A DNA stretch of 64,000 nt from Sphingomonas sp. GTDB taxonomy: Bacteria > Pseudomonadota > Alphaproteobacteria > Sphingomonadales > Sphingomonadaceae. A program made the position numbers and the translations under genes. Below, piece after piece: positions 8,095 to 15,611 of this stretch (its first letter is position 1; each line of letters opens with the position of its first letter). Where the stretch lies: assembly GCF_036269755.1 (NCBI RefSeq), contig NZ_DATBDV010000006.1:489-64488 (forward strand), in the 5' to 3' direction. The notes below the pieces were generated by a model. The model ran no database searches. It worked only from the letters and a program-made list of their open reading frames with translations, and was not told where the DNA came from.

Positions 8095-10035
8095 TCACGC
8101 GTTGCTGCCTGAAGCCTTGCGCATGAAATGGCCGCTGGTGACGCCGCGCGCGAGCGCCTGACGATACGGCATGTCGATGTCGGGCCGGTTCCATCCGCCG
8201 TCCGGCCACTGCTCGATCAGGCGCAACATACGCTCGACGTCCAGCGCGGTCGCCGCGGCGGGCACGTCCGCCAATCGGGATACCTCGTCGCGCAAGTGTT
8301 CGCGCGCCGCGGTCAGGCCTTCGTGCCAATCGATGGATTGTGCTCCGCGTCTTCGTTCCGACAACACGGCTGGCGGCAAGCGATCGGCCAGCGCATCGAG
8401 CGCGAGTGCGCGTGGCCGCCCGTCGCGCAGGAACATCTCCATCGGCACCGAAAGGCAGAACTCGATCAGCCGCCGATCGGTGCTGACGTCGCGAATGTCG
8501 GTCCCCCAGCCGGCGAGTGCGCCCTTCTGGTTATTGCCGAAATCAACTCGCCGCAGGATCCACAGACGCGTCTCGAACCCGTTCCGCCGCGGCCGATACG
8601 ACAGGTCGAGCGCATGCTCGCGCGCGCGTCGCTCGATCCCCAGTTCGTTGAAGCGGCGCATGTTGCTCGCGGTGTAGACCGACACGTCCGGGACGGGGTG
8701 GTTCTTGGCCCGATTGAGCGCGCGCCACATGGCATCGGGAAGCCAAGGCCCGAACGCCTGGACTAAGGCGCCCCCCGCGCGCATGCCCGTCTCGCGCATC
8801 GTCGCCCGCGCGGTTTGCCACAAGCGAAGCCAGTGCAGCTTGGCGGCCTGCTCGGCGAACAGCTCCAGCCCCGCATAGCTGAAGGTCGCGTTGCCCATCG
8901 TTGCCGAGAGCACGACCCCCGCGCCGCGCTTCTGCGCCGCGCCGTTGATCGCGTTCCACCAATGCTGAATGTCGCTGTTCAACAGCGGTCGGTCGAACAG
9001 GTAGAAGTCGCGGTCGAGATCGTCGAGCATCGTCCGCGCACCGGTCCTGACCGTGACATGCTCGACATTGGGATAGAGCCCGGCGGTCGCCGCGGCGAGC
9101 GCGCTTTCGTCGCCGATGCGATTGGCGGGAACGAAGCCGTCATAGCCCGCCCGCGGTGCCGAAGTGAACGCGAGCACCCGACCCCCGCTTTGCGCCATGA
9201 GCCGCGCCGCCGTCGCGGTCGTCGCCCCGCTATCGAGCCCGCCGCTCAAATGCGTGGCGACAAGGCCGTTAGTCCCGCGCAGACGCGCCGCAATCGCGCG
9301 GTCGAGCTGTTCGCGGAGCGCTTCGGCATAATCCGTCGGCCTGCCGAGCTTCAACAGTCCGGGCGAAGGCTCCCAATGGCGCGTCGTTGCCACGCCGGAG
9401 CGCGAGACCGTGACGATCTGCCCCGCCTCGACCCGACTGACGCCTTCGTAAAAGCTGCGCGGGCCGTATTCCGGCAGCAGCGCGAGGAATTCCGCATTGC
9501 GCACCGCGTCCGGCGCGCGCGGAACCCGCTCGAGCGCGTGCAGTCCCTTGGGCATCGACGCAACCGCCACGAACCCGTCCGCCAAGTGATAATGGAGCGC
9601 TCGGCCGCCGATATGGTCGCGGGCGAGCACCAACTGCTGCTCGGCCGAGTCCCATAACACGAACGCATAATCGCCCGCGATATGCTCGAACAATGCGCTG
9701 CCCCAGCGCTCCCAGGCGCGGAGCAGGAACGCGGAATCGGGCAGCATCACGGAGTCTTGCGGATCGATCGCCAGCGCGCTCGCCAGGTCGTCGCGATTGT
9801 CGAGACGCACGTCCGCGACGAGGACGAAGCGTCCGCCACCGCCGACCAGCGGCTGGCGGTCGTACCGGTCCTCCGCGAGCAATTGATAGCGGCAGCAGCC
9901 CAGCGCGATCGCGCCATCGTCCCAATCGACGTTGCCGTGTGGCCCGTACATGCGTTGTGCGGCCATGATGCGGCCGCAATCGGCAAGCGCGTCGGGCCGG
10001 CCGTCGATGTTCCAGATCGCCGCCAAGGCGGTCAT
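8095..10035 (-). CDS. Lasso cyclase-like macrolactam synthetase (asparagine synthetase fold)
   Basis: ATP-pyrophosphatase loop HLSGGLDSG; RDHIGGRALHY; DRRLIEFCLSVP; the N-terminus (MTALAAIW) lacks the catalytic Cys of glutamine-hydrolysing AsnB; adjacent to RRE and B2 genes. Confidence 0.9.
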   Translation of the reverse strand: MTALAAIWNIDGRPDALADCGRIMAAQRMYGPHGNVDWDDGAIALGCCRYQLLAEDRYDRQPLVGGGGRFVLVADVRLDNRDDLASALAIDPQDSVMLPDSAFLLRAWERWGSALFEHIAGDYAFVLWDSAEQQLVLARDHIGGRALHYHLADGFVAVASMPKGLHALERVPRAPDAVRNAEFLALLPEYGPRSFYEGVSRVEAGQIVTVSRSGVATTRHWEPSPGLLKLGRPTDYAEALREQLDRAIAARLRGTNGLVATHLSGGLDSGATTATAARLMAQSGGRVLAFTSAPRAGYDGFVPANRIGDESALAAATAGLYPNVEHVTVRTGARTMLDDLDRDFYLFDRPLLNSDIQHWWNAINGAAQKRGAGVVLSATMGNATFSYAGLELFAEQAAKLHWLRLWQTARATMRETGMRAGGALVQAFGPWLPDAMWRALNRAKNHPVPDVSVYTASNMRRFNELGIERRAREHALDLSYRPRRNGFETRLWILRRVDFGNNQKGALAGWGTDIRDVSTDRRLIEFCLSVPMEMFLRDGRPRALALDALADRLPPAVLSERRRGAQSIDWHEGLTAAREHLRDEVSRLADVPAAATALDVERMLRLIEQWPDGGWNRPDIDMPYRQALARGVTSGHFMRKASGSNA

Positions 10036-10146
10036 TGCCTGTCCGTCCCCCAAACGCCCAACTCGGCGGAAGGCTTCGAAGTCGCATCGCGCGCCGCGCC
10101 ATGCAAGCCGCTTTTCGATTCGATCCACGATGGCTAGGGACGGCGG

Positions 10147-11079
10147 ATGCCGAGCGAGGTCCGCCATTATCGATTGTTCGGCCTGACGCTGGCGTCGGCG
10201 ATCGAATTACCCGACTTGCGCGAAGTGACGGAGTCGCGCCCGGACGTAACGATTACGATCGGTGAGGTGCCGATGCCGGCGCAATTGTCGGAGGTCGGGC
10301 TCAACCTCGTCGACGACGCTGCCGTCCTGCCGGTCGTTGGTGCGGGTCGCTATCGCGTGCGCGGCGGCACATCGATCCAAATCGATCCCGAGCCCGGCGC
10401 ACCGGCCGCGAATATCCGACTGTTCCTGCTTGGCTCTGCGATGGGAGCGTTGTTGCACCAGCGGGGGATGCTGCCGCTCCACGCCAATGCGATCGACGTC
10501 GGGGGCAGGGCGATCGCCTTTATCGGCCGGTCGGGGGCGGGCAAGTCGACGCTCGCCGCCGCGTTCCACGACCACGGCTGCGCGCTCCTGTCGGACGATA
10601 TCTGTGTCGTGACCGAGGGCCCCGACGGCGGCCAGTGCGCCCAACCCGGAATCCCGCGCGTGCGGTTATGGCGCGATGCGGTCGAACGCAGCGGTCGAGA
10701 CGCCGCTGGCCTGGATGTTGCTTATGCCGGGGTGGAGAAATATGTCCTGCAGATCGGCGAGACCTACGCCGATACGCCGCTGCCGCTCGCCGCGATCTAC
10801 GTGCTCGCCGAGCCGGATGAAGGCGATGCTCCCCCCGAAATCGCGCCGATCACGGGCGCCGCGGCAATCCGCGCACTCGCCGTCAACACCTACCGCGGCG
10901 CGTACGTGCCCCTTGTCGGCAGTCCGGCGGACCATTTCGCGCAATGCCAAGCGCTAGTCCGCGACGTTCCGATTTTCCTGCTTCGTCGTCCCTGGCGCGC
11001 CGATCGGATCGACGAGACCGTCCGCCTGGTCACCGCGCAAGTTGCGCGTGTCAGCGAGGATCGCCACTTTCCGAAATAA
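10147..11079 (+). CDS. HPr kinase-like lasso-peptide kinase
   Basis: LHANAI, GRSGAGKST (Walker A) and LLSDD motifs in lasso-cluster context. Confidence 0.88.
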   Translation: MPSEVRHYRLFGLTLASAIELPDLREVTESRPDVTITIGEVPMPAQLSEVGLNLVDDAAVLPVVGAGRYRVRGGTSIQIDPEPGAPAANIRLFLLGSAMGALLHQRGMLPLHANAIDVGGRAIAFIGRSGAGKSTLAAAFHDHGCALLSDDICVVTEGPDGGQCAQPGIPRVRLWRDAVERSGRDAAGLDVAYAGVEKYVLQIGETYADTPLPLAAIYVLAEPDEGDAPPEIAPITGAAAIRALAVNTYRGAYVPLVGSPADHFAQCQALVRDVPIFLLRRPWRADRIDETVRLVTAQVARVSEDRHFPK

Positions 11080-11353
11080 TCACGATGCCGTCGCTCGACA
11101 GGTCTTGCAGCAGGTCGCGGACATCCGCCTCGCACGTCGCGGGATCGACCTCGAACTCTTCGGCCAACGCCGCGCAAATCTCCGCGAACGACCGGGGCTG
11201 CTCGATCAACTGCCAAGTCCGCGTCGCGGTCGCGTTGAACCCGTAGCACATGCCGTTGCCGATATGCAGGCCGACGATCTCGCCATCCATTTCGGCCTCG
11301 ATCAGCCCGGCGCCTCGCCGCACCAGAATGTTGCTCGTATCGCTCCAATCCAT
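11051..11353 (-). CDS. PqqD-family RiPP recognition element (B1/RRE)
   Basis: 100 aa; EMDGEIVGL...YGFNATATRTWQLIEQPRSFAEICAALAEEFEVD..TCEADVRDLLQDL is the PqqD pattern; it is the C-terminal part of track ORF 11051..11965. Confidence 0.9.
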   Translation of the reverse strand: MDWSDTSNILVRRGAGLIEAEMDGEIVGLHIGNGMCYGFNATATRTWQLIEQPRSFAEICAALAEEFEVDPATCEADVRDLLQDLSSDGIVIISESGDPR

Positions 11354-11455
11354 CGCGCGCTTCCAGCATAACGGGGTGCGACGTTCAAGTTCGGCCGGGC
11401 GCATGGCGGCAGGAAACCCGTTGCGGGACTCGTCCGGCTGCGACAAACGGGGCGG

Positions 11456-11878
11456 GTGGGGCGACACGGGATCACGGATTGGGCGTTGGCCGCCGAAGCA
11501 TTCGCGTCGCTCGCGGTCGCGCGGCTGACGCTGCTGGTCGTGCCGTTCCCGGTGCTGGCGAAACGTCTGTCGGCGCCGCTTGTCAAACGCCGCTCGGTTT
11601 CCGCCGCCATTCCCCGGCGCGTCGGCTGGGCGGTCGCAGCGGCGGGCCGGCACAGCCCGATACGGTTCGTCTGTTTTCCGCAAGCGCTGGCGGCAAGGGC
11701 AATGCTGCATCGGCGCGGGGTTCCGACGATGCTGCATTACGGTGTTGCCAAGACCGAGGGCAAAGTTCACGCGCATGTCTGGCTGAGCGCGGCGGGCACC
11801 GACGTCGTCGGATACGTCAATAAAGCGGATTTCAAGCTGGTCGCGACGTTTCCTGCGCAAGCGATTTGTGCGGAATGA
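11456..11878 (+). CDS. Lasso leader peptidase B2 (transglutaminase-like); start uncertain
   Basis: CFPQALA (catalytic Cys), LHYGV and HAHVWL (His) motifs. Confidence 0.88.
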   Translation: MGRHGITDWALAAEAFASLAVARLTLLVVPFPVLAKRLSAPLVKRRSVSAAIPRRVGWAVAAAGRHSPIRFVCFPQALAARAMLHRRGVPTMLHYGVAKTEGKVHAHVWLSAAGTDVVGYVNKADFKLVATFPAQAICAE

Positions 11879-13104
11879 CGATGCCCGGCGCGCCTGGCTT
11901 GCGGGGAAAGGCGACGGACAGGAACGCGGCAATGCGCTTTCTGTGCCTTCTCTGTTCGCAAGCAACGCCCGATGGCTCGGCGGACGCCGCCGCGCTCGCG
12001 AGGCGCATCGCCGACTGGAACGCGTTCGAGCACCTGGTGGCGCGCCATCGGGTGGCCGGGCTGGTGCATGCCGGGCTCAAACGCCAACCGCAGATCGTCG
12101 TCCCTGTTACCCCGCGTCAGTCGATCGCGGGCGCTGCCGCGACGATCGCGCGCGAGAACATGGCGATGGCGCTGGAGACGGTGCGGCTTCAGCGGCTGTT
12201 CGACGAAGCCGGTGTGGACGCGATCTTCTTCAAGGGCGCGACGCTGGCGCAGCAGGTCTACGGTACTTTCGCGATCCGGCACGGCAAGGACGTGGATTTC
12301 GTCGTTTCGCCGGGCGACGTCGAACGATGCGTCGCGCTGCTCGAGCAAGACGGTTACGCGCTGTTCGATCTGCCGTCGCCGCTCAGCCCGCGGCAGTGGC
12401 GCGGGCTGCTGCAGTTCGCGATGGAGATCGTCATGATCCATCGCGACCGGCACATTCAGATCGAACCGCACTGGCAGCTTAGCGACAACAGGCGGCTCCT
12501 ACCGCTCGCAACGCTGGCCCGGTCGGCGAGCAAGGAATGGACCCGGATCGGCGACGTCGCGATCAGGACGTTCCATCCCGACGACTCGTTCGCGTATCTC
12601 TGCATGCACGGGGCGCGAAGCGGCTGGTATCGCCTGAAATGGCTGACGGACATCGACGCGCTCCTCAACCCCGCAGGGGAGGACGATCTTGTAAGGCTTT
12701 ATCGTCATTCCGAAAGCTTGGGCGTCGGTCCGGCAACGGCGCTTGCACTATCGCTCTATGCCCAGCTGTTCGGGCGCCCGGTCCCGGCCGAAATACTCGC
12801 TCGCGTAAGTGGCAACTGGACGTTGCGAAGGCTGCGATCCTTGAGCCTTTCCAATCTCGATCGGCCGCGGTCGATGCCGGGTGCGCGTCGCACATTCATG
12901 CTGCACATGCTGCTCGCCGCGGCACACGGCTATCTGCTGTCCGAGCTCTGGCGGTGGAGCGTCTCGGTGATTGACGTCGTCAGGGTTCCGCTCCCGCGAC
13001 CGCTTCACTTCCTGTACCCGGCCTTGCGGTTCCCCCTTTTGATCGGACGGCGGGTCGCGGCCTTGTTCGCCAAAAGCTCGGCTGATGACGCCCCCGCAGC
13101 CTAG
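11875..13104 (+). CDS. Nucleotidyltransferase family protein (lasso-cluster associated)
   Basis: FKGATLAQQVYG..IRHGKDVDFVV, IEPHWQL and WYRLKWLTDID motifs; ATGA overlap with B2. Confidence 0.85.
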   Translation: MTMPGAPGLRGKATDRNAAMRFLCLLCSQATPDGSADAAALARRIADWNAFEHLVARHRVAGLVHAGLKRQPQIVVPVTPRQSIAGAAATIARENMAMALETVRLQRLFDEAGVDAIFFKGATLAQQVYGTFAIRHGKDVDFVVSPGDVERCVALLEQDGYALFDLPSPLSPRQWRGLLQFAMEIVMIHRDRHIQIEPHWQLSDNRRLLPLATLARSASKEWTRIGDVAIRTFHPDDSFAYLCMHGARSGWYRLKWLTDIDALLNPAGEDDLVRLYRHSESLGVGPATALALSLYAQLFGRPVPAEILARVSGNWTLRRLRSLSLSNLDRPRSMPGARRTFMLHMLLAAAHGYLLSELWRWSVSVIDVVRVPLPRPLHFLYPALRFPLLIGRRVAALFAKSSADDAPAA

Positions 13105-13116
13105 CCTCCCGCGCGT

Positions 13117-15393
13117 CTAGGCGACGATCCGCACCGGCACGCCCTTGGCGGCCGGCGTTTTCGATTCCTCGTCGTGGTACCAGAGCGGAACCAGCGGATT
13201 CAGCTCGGGAAAGTACCCGCCGATGCAGCCGCGCGGGAGCAGGAACGGCGTGACGGCCAAGCCACCGACCTGTCGATCGACCCCGTCGTCCGCATCGCTC
13301 GCCAGCGCGACGACCTGGCCCTTGGTCAGCCCCGCCGCGGCGATGTCCTCGGGGTTCATCAGCACCACCTCGCGTGTTCCCTCGATCCCGCGCAAGCGGT
13401 CCGAATAGCCGTAGATTGTCGTGTTGAACTGGTCGTTCGACCGAAGCGTAATGAGGCGATAGCGGCCTTCCTTGTCCGAAAATCCGATCGAGCGCATCGA
13501 TTTGGGCACGGTGAACTGCGCCTTGCCGCTCTTGGTCTTCCACACGCGCTCGCGCGCCGGATTGCCGCGATAGAAGCCACCGGGGGTAAACACGCGCGCA
13601 TTGAAGTCGTGGAACTGATCGGGGTAGGTTTCCTCGATCAAGTCGCGGATCCTGGCATAGTCGCCGGTCCAGCCGTCCCAATCGACCTTGGGGTTGGGCG
13701 GCAACGTCGCCTTGGCCATGCCCGCGACGATCGCGACTTCCGACTTCAGATCCTTCGACGCCGGCTTATTCTTGCCGAGCGAGCCGTGAATGCACGACAG
13801 CGAATCCTCCATCGTGACCGCTTGCTCGCCGCTCGCCTGGACATCGTGCTCCGAGCGGCCGAGGCAGGGGAGGAGGTAGGCGACCTCGCCGTTGATCAAA
13901 TGGCTGCGGTTGAGCTTGGTCGCGATCTGGACGGTCAGCCGCAATTTCGTCCACGCCGCTTCCATCTTCTCGCGCTCGGGGATCGCGCGGACGAAATTGC
14001 CGCCCAGCCCGATGAACGCCTTGACCGCGCCCGACAGGATGTTCTCGCACGCCTTGACGGTGTTCATTCCCTCTTCGCGCGGCGGCTCGAACCCGAATTG
14101 CTCGGCGATCTTGTCGAGCGGGACGAGCTCCGGCTTTTCGGAGATGCCGACGGTGCGCTGGCCCTGCACGTTCGAATGGCCGCGCACCGGCGAGATGCCG
14201 GCACCGTCGCGGCCGATATTTCCCTTGAGCAGCCACAAATTGGTCAGCATCGCGAGATTGTCGAAGCCGTGGACGTGCTGGGTCAGCCCCATACCGTACA
14301 GGCAGATCGCGCGGTGCGATTCGACATAGATTTGTGCTGCAGCCTCGATGTCCGCGCGGGCGAGGCCGCTCTCGCGCTCGATCTCGTCCCAGCTCGCCGC
14401 GTCCGCCTTGGCCTTGATCTCTTCGAACCCGACCGTGTGTTGCTTGATGAAGTCCACGTCTAGGACGTGGAGCTTCTCTTCCGCCCACTTCTTCTCCTCG
14501 GCGGCGAGAACGTATTTGATCATCCCCATGATCGCCGCGATGTCGCCGCCCGATTTGACCTGAAGATAGAGCGTCGAGATTTGAGTCTCTTTCGGCGTCA
14601 GCATTTCGGTCGGGCTTTGCGGGTTCTTGAAGACCTCGAGACCCTTTTCGCGGATCGGGTTAAAGGTGACGATCTTGACCCCGCGCCGCACCGCTTCCTG
14701 CAGCGGATGAAGCAGCCGCGGGCTGTTGGTGCCGGGATTTTGCCCGAAGAAGAACATCGCGTCGCACAGATGAAAGTCGCTCAGCACGCAAGTGCCGACC
14801 GGAGAGCCGATCACCTTCTTGAGCGCGACCGAGGTCGTCTCGTGGCACATGTTCGAGCTGTCGGGCAGGTTGTTGTGGCCATAGAGCCGAGCGAACAGCG
14901 CGTAGAGGTAACTCGTCTCGAGGCTGGCGCGGCCCGAGGCGTAGAATACCGCCGCCCCCGGATCGATCGCCTTCAACTCGCGGCCTATGCCCTCGAACGC
15001 TTCCTCCCACGGACAGGGGACGTAGGTGTCGCTGGCATGGTCGACCCGCATCGGGTGCGTCAGCCGTCCCTGCTGTTCGAGGTCGTGGTCCTTCCACGTC
15101 TTGAGCTCGGTGACGGTGTGCTCGGCGAAGAATTCGGGGGTGCAGCGCCGCGTCGTCAGCTCCCACAAGGTCGCCTTGGCGCCGTTCTCGCAAAATTCGA
15201 ACGCATGCGGGTGCGCCGGCTTGGTCCAGGCGCACGACACGCACATGAACCCCTTGACCTTGTTCTGCCGGCGCAGCGTGTTGAGTGCGCCGAGCGTCGG
15301 CCGCTCGCGCAACGCCGTCTCGGCGATACCGCGCAGCGAGCCCCAGCCACCTTCGGCACCGTTATAGTGGACCGTCTCGTCTTCGTCGGTCAT
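13117..15393 (-). CDS. FdhF/YdeP family molybdopterin oxidoreductase
   Basis: GAEGGWGSL, CVSCAW, FCENGAKA, PDSSNMCHETT, RGHSNVQG and TLRSNDQFNTTIYG motifs. Confidence 0.92.
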   Translation of the reverse strand: MTDEDETVHYNGAEGGWGSLRGIAETALRERPTLGALNTLRRQNKVKGFMCVSCAWTKPAHPHAFEFCENGAKATLWELTTRRCTPEFFAEHTVTELKTWKDHDLEQQGRLTHPMRVDHASDTYVPCPWEEAFEGIGRELKAIDPGAAVFYASGRASLETSYLYALFARLYGHNNLPDSSNMCHETTSVALKKVIGSPVGTCVLSDFHLCDAMFFFGQNPGTNSPRLLHPLQEAVRRGVKIVTFNPIREKGLEVFKNPQSPTEMLTPKETQISTLYLQVKSGGDIAAIMGMIKYVLAAEEKKWAEEKLHVLDVDFIKQHTVGFEEIKAKADAASWDEIERESGLARADIEAAAQIYVESHRAICLYGMGLTQHVHGFDNLAMLTNLWLLKGNIGRDGAGISPVRGHSNVQGQRTVGISEKPELVPLDKIAEQFGFEPPREEGMNTVKACENILSGAVKAFIGLGGNFVRAIPEREKMEAAWTKLRLTVQIATKLNRSHLINGEVAYLLPCLGRSEHDVQASGEQAVTMEDSLSCIHGSLGKNKPASKDLKSEVAIVAGMAKATLPPNPKVDWDGWTGDYARIRDLIEETYPDQFHDFNARVFTPGGFYRGNPARERVWKTKSGKAQFTVPKSMRSIGFSDKEGRYRLITLRSNDQFNTTIYGYSDRLRGIEGTREVVLMNPEDIAAAGLTKGQVVALASDADDGVDRQVGGLAVTPFLLPRGCIGGYFPELNPLVPLWYHDEESKTPAAKGVPVRIVA

Positions 15394-15453
15394 CGCAATT
15401 CCTTCGCCTCGTCGCCAGCCGTCCAAGCTTAGCGCCGGCGGCTGTCATTTGCG

Positions 15454-15478
15454 AACGCTTGCACCGGCTACGCGATCC
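15454..15478 (-). promoter_or_regulatory. Possible EcfG/SigT general-stress promoter (GGATC-N16-CGTT)
   Basis: One mismatch to the GGAAC-N16/17-CGTT consensus, upstream of the oxidoreductase gene. Confidence 0.3.
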
Positions 15479-15588
15479 TTCAGGGGCTCCCCGGCGGAAA
15501 AATTAGCTCGCGATCGCTGGTCGACATTGACGAGTCCGCCTGCGGCCCCAGCTACCTTTTTGCGCGATCGCGCTCCGTTTTAAGCGAA

Positions 15589-15611
15589 ATCAAACGAATA
15601 TGTTGTTTGAT
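15589..15611. promoter_or_regulatory. Candidate operator ATCAAAC-N9-GTTTGAT at the NRPS operon start
   Basis: Perfect 7-bp AT-rich inverted repeat overlapping the first possible start codons. Confidence 0.3.

Noticed and set aside
8095-10035. Reading the cyclase as a housekeeping asparagine synthetase (asnB)
   Set aside because: Lacks the N-terminal catalytic Cys and sits with RRE, B2 and precursor genes.
11051-11965. 304-aa ORF as listed in the track
   Set aside because: Only the last 100 aa are PqqD-like; the rest is antisense to the B2 gene.
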